NCBI GenBank assembly: GCA_907165135.1
Contig: OU015569.1
Span: 11,160,001-11,224,000 of the forward strand
DNA length: 64,000 nt
Direction: 5' to 3'
DNA from: Oikopleura dioica
Lineage: Eukaryota > Animalia > Chordata
Shown here: piece after piece, positions 34,773 to 44,670 of the stretch
How the letters are laid out: each line of letters begins with the position of its first letter
How positions within the stretch are numbered: position 1 is the stretch's first letter
Notes under the pieces: model-generated
The model's database searches: none
What the model saw: the letters and a program-made list of their open reading frames with translations, nothing else
What the model was told of the DNA's origin: nothing
Position numbers and translations under genes: made by a program

Positions 34773-35244
34773 TGTTATAGTATGACTATAACGTATGACT
34801 GTTTTACTGCTTAGCATTTCTGCTACTGATCACTGTACGCGCCCAACGCGCGGCGACCTTTCCCTTTTCCCTTTTATGTCTATTGTTCACTACACCGCCA
34901 ATAATTTCGGCTGCTCCGCCGATATTCTCGCGCGGCGCTCCGATATTCTCGGAAAGGCCGAGAATATCCGCGGACGCTCTCCCAATATTCTTGGGCACTG
35001 CTCTGATATTCTCCAATAGGCCGAGAATATCCCCGTAGAAAAGTGATCACTATATAAGGAGAACACCCTCCATCAAATCAGTAACGTTCTCAGGGGTCAC
35101 TTTGAGCAAGACCTACGGCTTTATGCCTAGAGATTACTGTACTGAGACTGTGCTAGCGCTCGTCGCAGAATAAATCGGAAACGCTTATTAGCTTTTTACT
35201 ACAATTGTAGTGTGTCTTTATTTCACGCAAGCCATACTACAACA
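34773..35244 (+). repeat. 5' LTR (472 bp)
   Basis: TGTTATAG...CTACAACA; TATATAA 35051-35057; AATAAA 35169-35174; differs from the 3' LTR at 2 positions by eye. Confidence 0.97.
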
Positions 35245-35245
35245 T

Positions 35246-35258
35246 TGGTGTCAGAAGT
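35246..35258 (+). promoter_or_regulatory. Primer binding site, complementary to a tRNA-Leu(CAA)-type 3' end
   Basis: TGGTGTCAGAAGT one base after the LTR. Complementary to ...ACTTCTGACACCA, the 3' end of metazoan tRNA-Leu(CAA) as recalled. Confidence 0.8.
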
Positions 35259-36132
35259 ATAAAGAAACCCAGCCTCAGAGAAAAACACAAGAAGTATTCC
35301 GAAACCACACGCTTACCAGCTGCTACCTCCCTTGCGATCAAAGATGACACTTGTTAAGGTAAGGATAAATGGGTTATTAAGGGTATAGAGCCAGGGATTT
35401 TCACAGAAAGCGGAGCTTGCATCCTTAAGGGCAGCCACCGATAGGAAACCCTTTAGGCAACAATATGAAGTTTTTTTGAAAAGTATTCTTAAAAATAATC
35501 TTAAGGGTATACCTAGGCTTAACAAACTAGAATTGTTTTCCTGCGGTTTTCAGGTTGCAATAGAGAAAATTGTAGTTCGGATATTTTGTTCAGAATTTCA
35601 TGAGGATTTAAAGAAAAAATGTACCCAGATTTAATATTTGAGACTTGGCAAAAAGTGATGACTACACCCTTAAGATAAAATAGAAAGGGCAATTTTGAAT
35701 AATTTTTGATAAAGAGGGCATTGATAACTTATTTTTTTGAATCTAACCAATAATAAATATGGAATTTATAACATGAAAATTTCTATTTCAAAAACGATTA
35801 AAATCACTTAATAATCTTTTTCTCAATATTTTCTCTTTCAAGGAGCTGGAAAATACGCGAAAAATAGTGCGACTGATCACAAGAGAGACAAAATGCAGAA
35901 TGACGCCCAATTTCAAAAGCGAAAATTTAGGCGCTGAATGCATTAATATTAAAGGGCGAGCGCGTGCTCTGAATGGCTCCCATCACCTTTATTGACTTAG
36001 GCATCCAATCAGACGATAGAAGAAATAAATTATTCAGGAAGTGCACACCCTCTCAAAATCACCCTCTTTCAAAAAGGTAAGACTAACTTGTCTTCGAAAA
36101 TTGAAAATTTTCAATTTTTTGATATCGAGCAA

Positions 36133-37524
36133 ATGCCAATCAAATCAAAACAAATCCTTTACTATTTTGAAGATGGCACCGAAAAAGAAATGGTTTACCG
36201 CTATGTCCTTCCACGAGTCCTGTCAATATATCCACCAACCGAACATATACAGAAACCAGAGAAATGGCAAATAATTTTCGACATGATTGCGATTATTGAA
36301 GAAATCCGTAGAGACGCGACGGAATTCATAGCCACGCAAAACTTCTCCGTCGGACAATCAGAAGCTCTTTACAATCATTGGTTAATGTGCCAGTCAAGGA
36401 AAAAAAGAGACCAAAAGGAGCAATTAATTCTCTGGATCTGCAAAGCAACATTTGTGTGCGACGTTTGGAAATCAAAACATGGAAATATAACGGGAATCGG
36501 GACACAAGTGCGCGTTGCGTTTGATAAAATGTTCAATGGACAGCAAGAATTTTGGAGAAACTTCTTAAAGATCAAGACCAACTCCGAGATGAGAATTGCC
36601 AAAATAAAGATGGAAGAATTCGTGAGGAAAATTGAACATTCTTTCCATGAAGGAAGATCAACAACTTCTCAAGGATTTTCTGAGGGAAGGGATCCTAGAA
36701 ATTGGCAGGCTGAAACAGGCATGGTGTCGACGAGTCAAGATCCGGGACATTCTGTGAGAAACGAGAAAAGGGCACAACAAGTGATGGAGATAAATAAACC
36801 TCTAGTTCTCAATTTGCGATTTCAAGAGGTGTATTACGGATCGTTGAACAACAATGTCTCAGCTGTCGATGAAAGACACCTTCCGATTATTACCAAACAT
36901 CACAGTCAACAATCAAGCCTGCAGACAGAGAACCAACAACTGATGAATCAGACTGGAAACGGCGGAATTCAGCCAAGCCAACAAGCTTTCGACTCAACTG
37001 ATGCGACCGGCCCACCAGCTAAACGGCGAAAAATTGTCGGCGACAGTGACTCTTTCTTCATGGCAAATAATACTGGCGAGAAAATTAAAGCTGACGAATT
37101 GCCTGATAACGTTGACAAAATTTTGAATTCAGATGGTAGCCAGGAAAATTCTTCCGGAAATATGCATGAAGGGACACACACGCTGGAACCAAGCAATCAG
37201 CTACAGTCAGCAACTACTGACCAAGAAACTCATCGACAAACCAAAAGAGCGAGAACTCTTTCAGAGCAAGGATCAACAAATAATGACATGAACATTATTC
37301 TACCAAATCAAAGTGCCGAATCATGGAATAATAACAAGAGTATTCAACCAGATAAACGACCAACAAACGAAATTGGAGAGCCTTATCAAAACGATTCCAA
37401 CAATTTAGAACCTCCTTTGCCGTGCCTCGATGCAGACACCGACTTTGAATCTTTTTTTGCTCAACTTGAGGCGGACAATGTCAAGAAGTTCGATGAAACT
37501 TTCACCTACAACGGGAAGAATTAA
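36133..37524 (+). CDS. Accessory ORF upstream of gag (464 aa from first ATG), unknown; NLS and acidic C-terminus
   Basis: Uninterrupted ORF within the LTR element; PPAKRRK at 37012-37032; C-terminal DADTDFESFFAQLEAD; no signal peptide or TM segment. Confidence 0.85.
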   Translation: MPIKSKQILYYFEDGTEKEMVYRYVLPRVLSIYPPTEHIQKPEKWQIIFDMIAIIEEIRRDATEFIATQNFSVGQSEALYNHWLMCQSRKKRDQKEQLILWICKATFVCDVWKSKHGNITGIGTQVRVAFDKMFNGQQEFWRNFLKIKTNSEMRIAKIKMEEFVRKIEHSFHEGRSTTSQGFSEGRDPRNWQAETGMVSTSQDPGHSVRNEKRAQQVMEINKPLVLNLRFQEVYYGSLNNNVSAVDERHLPIITKHHSQQSSLQTENQQLMNQTGNGGIQPSQQAFDSTDATGPPAKRRKIVGDSDSFFMANNTGEKIKADELPDNVDKILNSDGSQENSSGNMHEGTHTLEPSNQLQSATTDQETHRQTKRARTLSEQGSTNNDMNIILPNQSAESWNNNKSIQPDKRPTNEIGEPYQNDSNNLEPPLPCLDADTDFESFFAQLEADNVKKFDETFTYNGKN

Positions 37525-37681
37525 ATCTCGCATTGCGAAAATTATTTCACTAATGACAGAATTTCTTTTACTGGAGTTCACCTCTCACTTCTCCTTAACT
37601 GTCTAGTCTGTTCGGGCATAAAAGACACTTAGCTTATCGAATTAAAATTTGTATGCTTTTAGACAAACGCAAATCTTTACA

Positions 37682-39157
37682 ATGAAACTTATCAAAATCA
37701 ACACAACACAAGCGAACGGAATTCCGAATAAAATCGCGATTCACGTGACCAAAGAAGATCTTGAAAGAGATCTTCAGCTGGCGGCGAAAGAAGCAGATTG
37801 TCCCGACACGTTCGTCTTGATAGCAGAAAGCTCAACAGGTATAGTTCAGAGACTTGGTGAGAACGAAGAGAAGCTACGCAAGTCAAGAACAAAAGCAGAA
37901 AGGATCTTGCGAGAAGACTTGGATGAAGCGATTTTCATCGAGGAGGATTATGCAACACGATCAAACATACTCATCGAAAACCAAGAGCAGACCAAGACAA
38001 ACAACATCTCAGAAGAAAAACGTGAAGGCGCAAGGCACGATAGACTCGAGAACCTTGAGAAAACCGTCAACGCGATCCAAAATGAGCTTCGAAATCTGCG
38101 AAAGCAAGGAGAGATGATTCTTACAGAGAGAGAGATGCAGATAAGCGCATTGAAAGTGATGGAAAAAGCCATGAACGATCTCAAAGAATACTTCGCAATG
38201 AAGAACTCGATGAGTGACAGCGAGGAAAACACTGAAGGAAATCAGAGGAATATCGCACACCTTCTAAATGAACAAGCAAAGGCGAGAGGAGAAGAAAGGA
38301 AAAGATTTGAGAAGGCGGAAGTCAAAAAATTTTTCGCGAATCCCGCAAAATTCAATATGGTATCCTGGACTGACGACGAAGACCTTACATTTGACGAGCA
38401 TTTAGCCAGAAACCGGATTGCTATACGAAACGCTCGAGAATCAGGACTTGCTGACAGCCAGTTAATCAATCTTTTTCTTCTTACGCTGAGACCAAGAGAC
38501 CACTACCTAGACGAGGTGGTTGGGGTGAAAGATCGTAAAGACTTCAAGACGTTCGTCAAAGCCCTTGGACGATATTTCAATGGATCCTCGTCAACCAGTA
38601 TGAACAAAGTTATAACGGCAAGAAGAAAACCGAATGAGAAACTTATCGAATTTTTCGTCCGATTACGATCCATGTATGAAATGACCGGAAGAGACCCTAG
38701 CAAAGGGGAGACACCAAACCTCTTTTACACGATCCTGCTGAACAATGCAACGATAGTTCAGAAGACCGAACTATTAAGGGACTTAGATGTTGAAAGAAGA
38801 AAAACAGCAATAACGTTAGAAGATCTTCAAAACGCAGTTTTGAAGGCCCAAACGGTGGATGATGAAAGCTTGGACGTAAACACCAATCATCGTGTGTACA
38901 ACATCGAGGATCAGCAAAGACAAAGAGGTTATGAAAAACGGAACGAAATGCCAAGATCAAGCTTCAGAAAGCCGATTGACAAATCAAACGCAGTCTGTTA
39001 CAACTGCGACTCTAAAGGGCACATGTGGCGTGACTGCCAAGAGCCCTTAAAGAAAAGATTTGTCCGAATAAAAGAAAGAACAAACCAACAACAAGGATAT
39101 CCGAGAGAGCCTAGAACCCCTCGAGGGACAGGCTATCGAGCGAACAAAAGCACCTAA
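37682..39157 (+). CDS. gag: Gag with CCHC zinc knuckle
   Basis: CYNCDSKGHMWRDC; capsid-like segment RRKPNEKLIEFFVRLR. Confidence 0.92.
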   Translation: MKLIKINTTQANGIPNKIAIHVTKEDLERDLQLAAKEADCPDTFVLIAESSTGIVQRLGENEEKLRKSRTKAERILREDLDEAIFIEEDYATRSNILIENQEQTKTNNISEEKREGARHDRLENLEKTVNAIQNELRNLRKQGEMILTEREMQISALKVMEKAMNDLKEYFAMKNSMSDSEENTEGNQRNIAHLLNEQAKARGEERKRFEKAEVKKFFANPAKFNMVSWTDDEDLTFDEHLARNRIAIRNARESGLADSQLINLFLLTLRPRDHYLDEVVGVKDRKDFKTFVKALGRYFNGSSSTSMNKVITARRKPNEKLIEFFVRLRSMYEMTGRDPSKGETPNLFYTILLNNATIVQKTELLRDLDVERRKTAITLEDLQNAVLKAQTVDDESLDVNTNHRVYNIEDQQRQRGYEKRNEMPRSSFRKPIDKSNAVCYNCDSKGHMWRDCQEPLKKRFVRIKERTNQQQGYPREPRTPRGTGYRANKST

Positions 39158-39182
39158 GCCAGCTGCGAATCGGCTTAGAAAT

Positions 39183-42100
39183 ATGGAAACGAAAACGGAA
39201 CCGGAACCGACTAAGAAAAAACCTTATCAAACACTTATTGTGTACGCCAATGTCAAGGCGAAAGCCCGCAATGGCGTCAAACAAGACGTATTGACTTTAC
39301 TCGATACAGGCGCAACCTACAGTTGCGCAAGCCTTGATTTCGCCGAAAGTCTTGAAAAGAACGGCTCCAAAATCATTAAAGAACGAACTCGTAGGGCTCA
39401 TCCAATCGCAGCTAAGGGAGGTAAAATGGAAATCGTCTATGACATTATACTGGATGTCACAATCAAAAGCTATCCTGATATTGTCTTCCCTTCAGTTCGC
39501 GTCAGTATTATACCTGGCCTTCGCGCGAAATTAATACTTGGATGTGACAGTCTCCAGAACCATACACTGCAGATAAATAGCAATTCTGCACTGATTGATG
39601 GTAGACCAGTGCAACTCGCGAGACAGAGGAACACAGTAACACTGAAAGTATTGGAGGCAAATGCTTCAAAGGGCTTCAATACCCTGAAACTTGCTGCCGA
39701 AGACCTTGCAGAAGAGAAGCAGCCCTCTAACCGAGTTTTACTCACCTTAGAATCCAGCTCATCGCCTGGTGTGCCGGACGTGTCTATGATCATGAAGTCA
39801 AGTGAGTTGAAAGCCGATTTCTTGATCACATACCCGGGCCCACCGACCACAGTACCGAAGATTTTCCTGGCCAGAATTGACTCGGTACCGGAAAACTCAG
39901 AAACCGAAACTCCTAGGGGATTGTCGGCTGATGATATCAATGATATTATATCAAAAACAGAGCTGAGCCCACAAGGCCAAGAGAAGCTGAAAGTCATTCT
40001 CGAGAAGCATTCCTGCTCATTCTCGAAGAAGAAGACCGACGTTGGAATATATAAAGGACCTAAAGTTAAACTGCAGTTACTTGACCCAAGACTCCCTGGA
40101 GCCTGGGTCCGACCGAAGAGAATACCCATCAGCCAGCAAGACTGGCTAAGAAAAGAACTTGACGCAATGCAGAAAGCTGGAATCATCGAAAAAGCTAAAG
40201 GAAGCCAATACAACGCAACACTTCAACTAGTCAAAACGACGACAGGAGAACATACCGTTTGTGTAGACATGCACTCGCTCAATCTCAGAATAGCTGGAAA
40301 TGACCGTCTTCAGGACGAACCGAAAGAGACCTTGGAAAAGCTGGAAGAAGCATCGTTCTTCAGCAAAATTGAGATTCAGCAGCCTTTTCTCCACATGAGC
40401 TTATGTGAGGAAAGCAGACCACTAACAGCATTCAGTGCACTTGACCAACAGTATCAATTCAAACGTATTCCACCAGGATTGAAGATTGCTCCCAATGTCT
40501 ACCAAATGGCATTAAATGAAACACTTGGAAACGTCATAAGTGATAGCTGTTTAGTTACTCTGAATGAGATCCTTGTGATCGACAAATCGGAAGAAGAGCA
40601 TCTTAGTGCTGTCGAGGAGGCGATTGATCGACTTACAAGCGCTGGATTCATTCTCGATCCGGAAAAATGCCTCTTCGCACGAAAGAGCATAAGCTTTCTT
40701 GGATACAGAATAACCCCTTCAGGATACTCCTCCGAGCATGACAACCTAGCTTCAATCAGAGATTATCCGGCTCCAACAAACAAGAGAGCTCTTCGTCGAT
40801 TCATCGGGATGTGCTCATACTACAGCTCGCTTATTCCAAGACTTAACTTTAAATTGGCGCCTTTATACAAAATGAGTGGAACAAAATCAGTTTATGACTG
40901 GGAAAATGAACATCAGAATGTGTTTGATGAGATAAAAGCAGCGATTCTACAACAGAATAAACTCGCCTTCCCATCACGTGATCCCGATTCGCAACTTATG
41001 GTAACAAGCGATGCGAGTCTCACGGGATACGGAGGAATGATAAGCCAGAAAATCGGCGACGAGCCTGAACGTCCACTTGGATACTGTAGTGGATTTTTCA
41101 AAGATTCACAACTGAAGTGGCCGATTCATGAGAAAGAAATGTATGCCTTCATCAAAACACTCGAAAATTTTCACCATCATTGCTACGGAAAATCATTTCT
41201 TTGGAGAACAGACAGTCGATGTCTTGCATTCATCTGCTCGGAAAATAAAACCGGACAGACAAAACGACCATCAGCAAAGAAAGCGCGGTGGCTCCAAAAA
41301 TTGAGCGAATACGATTTCGCGATCAAACATTTGGATGGAAAATCACGTGAAATGAGCGTTTGTGATAGCCTTAGCCGACTTGATCCACCTGAAGTTGTCA
41401 ACCATATCGATCATGCAACGGAAACCAAATTCAGAAGCCTTCATAAGGCGATACCAACATGGATCAAGCTCAAAGGAATCTCTAAAGCGGAGCTACGCGA
41501 ATGTCAAGACAAAGATGAGTCTCTTCTGAAATTCAAACACGACTGGAAACCATTGAAAGGAAAATATAAGCTCAAACTTGCTGAAGACGGAATCTTCATC
41601 TTGGTAGGGAAAGTTGATCGGATACCAATACCAATGGAGTTACAGAAGAGAATCATTTCAGCTTACCATCTTCCACAACACGCGCGAGTAACAAATATGA
41701 TCGAAGCAATGAGGAAATCTGGAATCTTGTTCCCTGGAATGTCACGTAAAACAAAAGACTACATCAAACAATGCCCAGCTTGTATTACGATGGCAGCGTT
41801 GGAGAAACCCAAAATTTTACCAGTAGCAGCTCCGAAAGAACAACATCCATACATGACCGTAACCATCGACCTTCTCGGACCCCTGCCATCGACTCCAACA
41901 CGCAAGAAATACATATTGGCGGCAATATGCAATCTGACTCGCTGGATAGAGCTCAGGCCCATCGTGGATAAATCAGCACCTCATGTTGCTAAAGCAATAA
42001 TCGATATATTTTTCCTAAGAGGACCACCACGGGCAGTTTCTTGCGACAATGGAAAAGAATTCTCCAACAGCATCCTAAAAGAACTACTTACGTCCTTTGG

Positions 42101-42698
42101 AACCTGCATCAACTATGGAACACCTTATAGGCCGCAAGGACAAGGCCTGATAGAACGAGCAAACCGTGAGATCGTCAAACATCTCAAAGCGTTAAACATA
42201 GAAGAGAACCGATGGGACACTTACATCCCATCAATCCAACTGTCAATGAACCTTAGCTACCACTCAGCCTTGGGCTCAAGCCCCTTTCAAGCCATTCATG
42301 GCTGGACTCTAGCCGAACCATTTTGTAACACTACCTACAATGGTGAAGAAATCCCCGAAGATGTCCGACTATGGGTTAAAGAGTCGGGAGCTCGAATGTG
42401 TGCTGCACTCTCGCAACTAGTTGCGAAGCAAGCAGTAGCATCGACGGAGATACCTGACGATACTGATTCTAATGGGATAGATACTGGAACAGAAGTTCTT
42501 TTAAAAACTATGATTCCACCAGGAGTAAGTGGAAAACTCTACACTCCTTGGAAAAGAGGATTTGTCGTTAGAAAAAGATGCGACAAATATACGTACATTG
42601 TTACCCCGATCGAAGCTCCTAGGCGGCGATTTCTTGTGCATCGCGATCGCATACGCATCCTGCACCGGAATCTTAAGAATTCGCCAAAGGTAAAATGA
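39183..42698 (+). CDS. pol: Pol polyprotein (protease, degenerate RT, RNase H, integrase)
   Basis: LLDTGAT; RT scaffold with TLNE in place of YLDD; TSDAS/HEKE/RTDS/CDSLSR RNase H; H..H..CPAC zinc site, DLLGP, DNG, GLIERAN integrase. Confidence 0.95.
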   Translation: METKTEPEPTKKKPYQTLIVYANVKAKARNGVKQDVLTLLDTGATYSCASLDFAESLEKNGSKIIKERTRRAHPIAAKGGKMEIVYDIILDVTIKSYPDIVFPSVRVSIIPGLRAKLILGCDSLQNHTLQINSNSALIDGRPVQLARQRNTVTLKVLEANASKGFNTLKLAAEDLAEEKQPSNRVLLTLESSSSPGVPDVSMIMKSSELKADFLITYPGPPTTVPKIFLARIDSVPENSETETPRGLSADDINDIISKTELSPQGQEKLKVILEKHSCSFSKKKTDVGIYKGPKVKLQLLDPRLPGAWVRPKRIPISQQDWLRKELDAMQKAGIIEKAKGSQYNATLQLVKTTTGEHTVCVDMHSLNLRIAGNDRLQDEPKETLEKLEEASFFSKIEIQQPFLHMSLCEESRPLTAFSALDQQYQFKRIPPGLKIAPNVYQMALNETLGNVISDSCLVTLNEILVIDKSEEEHLSAVEEAIDRLTSAGFILDPEKCLFARKSISFLGYRITPSGYSSEHDNLASIRDYPAPTNKRALRRFIGMCSYYSSLIPRLNFKLAPLYKMSGTKSVYDWENEHQNVFDEIKAAILQQNKLAFPSRDPDSQLMVTSDASLTGYGGMISQKIGDEPERPLGYCSGFFKDSQLKWPIHEKEMYAFIKTLENFHHHCYGKSFLWRTDSRCLAFICSENKTGQTKRPSAKKARWLQKLSEYDFAIKHLDGKSREMSVCDSLSRLDPPEVVNHIDHATETKFRSLHKAIPTWIKLKGISKAELRECQDKDESLLKFKHDWKPLKGKYKLKLAEDGIFILVGKVDRIPIPMELQKRIISAYHLPQHARVTNMIEAMRKSGILFPGMSRKTKDYIKQCPACITMAALEKPKILPVAAPKEQHPYMTVTIDLLGPLPSTPTRKKYILAAICNLTRWIELRPIVDKSAPHVAKAIIDIFFLRGPPRAVSCDNGKEFSNSILKELLTSFGTCINYGTPYRPQGQGLIERANREIVKHLKALNIEENRWDTYIPSIQLSMNLSYHSALGSSPFQAIHGWTLAEPFCNTTYNGEEIPEDVRLWVKESGARMCAALSQLVAKQAVASTEIPDDTDSNGIDTGTEVLLKTMIPPGVSGKLYTPWKRGFVVRKRCDKYTYIVTPIEAPRRRFLVHRDRIRILHRNLKNSPKVK

Positions 42699-43763
42699 CA
42701 TGTCAGAAAAAGTGTATGTTGATGGCTAAAAGGAAATACCTAGGAGCAGACGACACTTCAGGAGAAGAATAACGATACAGAAGGAATCGTTAAACCGCAT
42801 GAAGATTCGGTAGTTAATAGTCAGGCGCCACCAGTAGAAAATGAAGAGGAAATATCAACATCAGCGGTGCCTAGAAGAAAGACTAGAGGACAGAAAGTGT
42901 CGTATAGTAAGTTTTTCTGAGACATGAAGCAAAGGATAGAAGATCGTCCTCCAAGAAACTCCATGTCTACAACTCACGCAGAAGAGACAGAAAACGTCGA
43001 TTCGGGAAGAGACTTCACTGCGAAATCCAAATATGTTCACCTCGATAATTCTTTCTGCGAATAAGCCGAGTCAAAGACAAAAGCTAACTCTGACTTATTT
43101 AGATAACTCGAGGTCAACGAAATGCAAAAAAAAAAACCAAACAATAACGCACTTTATCATCACCAAACTATGCAATTTGATAAGGGAAGCACGGAAAGTT
43201 TACGGATCCATGACGGAGAAATAGAAGAAAAATCAAACAACTCGCCCAAAAAAAAAAAAAAGAAAAAAAAAGTCAGCTACAACGAATACTTAGAACTTGG
43301 AACACGTTCTAATCGAAGGGAGGAGAGAAGAGGAAAGAAGTGAATCTTCTTTAGTTATTCTGGACCGCTCACATAACAAAAAATTTTCTAATTCTTCTGA
43401 CAACTCGTACCTTCGTTGATCGAAGACTTCATAATTTCAGAAGCCTTACATGAAAAGCACCGTGATCGGATTAAGTCTGGAGAAAAAAGCGACATCTACA
43501 CGTCTCGAAAAAGACCTTAATCGACATCTTTCCCACTCAAACATTCACTTTCTTCTTTCGATTGTGGACAAAAGTCAACGTTTTCAGTGTTTCACGGAAA
43601 GGATGATTGAATTGTCGGAACTCTGGTCTTACAAGCGCGCAAAAACCCTGGCAAAATAAAATTGCTGCAACAGAAATTGACTGAACTACAGTACTTTATC
43701 AGTATCACCTGAAAAACAATCCGAAATCGATGAATTAACATTGATGCACAAGTGTTAATTAAT

Positions 43764-43777
43764 GAAGGAGGGAAGAG
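43764..43777 (+). promoter_or_regulatory. Polypurine tract
   Basis: GAAGGAGGGAAGAG abutting the 3' LTR. Confidence 0.9.
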
Positions 43778-44249
43778 TGTTATAGTATGACTATAACGTA
43801 TGACTGTTTTACTGCTTAGCATTTCTGCTACTGATCACTGTACGCGCCCAACGCGCGGCGACCTTTCCCTTTTCCCTTTTATGTCTATTGTTCACTACAC
43901 CGCCAATAATTTCGGCTGCTCCGCCGATATTCTCGCGCGGCGCTCCGATATTCTCGGAAAGGCCGAGAATATCCGCGGACGCCCCCCCAATATTCTTGGG
44001 CACTGCTCTGATATTCTCCAATAGGCCGAGAATATCCCCGTAGAAAAGTGATCACTATATAAGGAGAACACCCTCCATCAAATCAGTAACGTTCTCAGGG
44101 GTCACTTTGAGCAAGACCTACGGCTTTATGCCTAGAGATTACTGTACTGAGACTGTGCTAGCGCTCGTCGCAGAATAAATCGGAAACGCTTATTAGCTTT
44201 TTACTACAATTGTAGTGTGTCTTTATTTCACGCAAGCCATACTACAACA
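43778..44249 (+). repeat. 3' LTR (472 bp)
   Basis: Identical to the 5' LTR except CTCTCCC>CCCCCCC at ~43982-43988. Confidence 0.97.
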
Positions 44250-44670
44250 GGACAGCCCGGTCAGCAGCCGAAGCTGGTTCCCCAGTCGGAGACAGTATGC
44301 GCTCCGCGCCTGTCTTGAAGGATTCTCCAAAAATTTTCAAGTTAAAGCTATAAAATGAACCTTTTTGTACGTCCGAAAATCGGTGTGTTTCCCGTCTTCA
44401 TCGAAACAGATGAGGCTCTAGAACAGAACTGTTTTCAAAAAGCCTGGAAAATACCCCCGTTCGCCAGTAAGTGTGAACGTGGGTATCGAATACCCATGTT
44501 CGGAAGAAAGAGTGAACGTGGGTATAAATACCCACGTTCGGGGGGAACAGTGAACGCGGGTATAATACCCACATGACCGCATACCACCGTATTGACTAAA
44601 TTATGCGTAAAATGTTATTTGTAGTAGATATATTTGATGAAATCTATAATAAAATGAAATGACAGACTAT

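Larger units (their letters stand above)
34773..44249 (+). mobile_element. Full-length Ty3/gypsy-type (Tor-like) LTR retrotransposon, 9,477 bp, no env
   Basis: TG...CA LTRs of 472 bp, 4-bp TSD GGAC (34769-34772, 44250-44253), PBS, PPT, ORF1-gag-pol with PR-RT-RH-IN order. Confidence 0.97.
34590..44589. mobile_element. ~519 bp Tc1/mariner-like MITE split by the LTR retrotransposon
   Basis: TIRs CGGTTGTAAGCGGTCATGTGGGTAT (left) and ATACCCACATGACCGCATACCACCG (right, followed by TA; left flank GA); GGGTATAAATACCC subterminal repeats on both sides. Confidence 0.7.

Noticed and set aside
34795-35019. ORFs within both LTRs (also 43800-44024)
   Set aside because: By-products of the GC-rich repeat array in the LTR; no coding evidence.
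36133-37524. ORF1 as an env gene
   Set aside because: No signal peptide, furin site or TM helix; lies upstream of gag and has an NLS.
43679-43693. 14-bp match to 29684-29697 suggesting host-gene capture by the LTR element
   Set aside because: Too short; flanks do not align.
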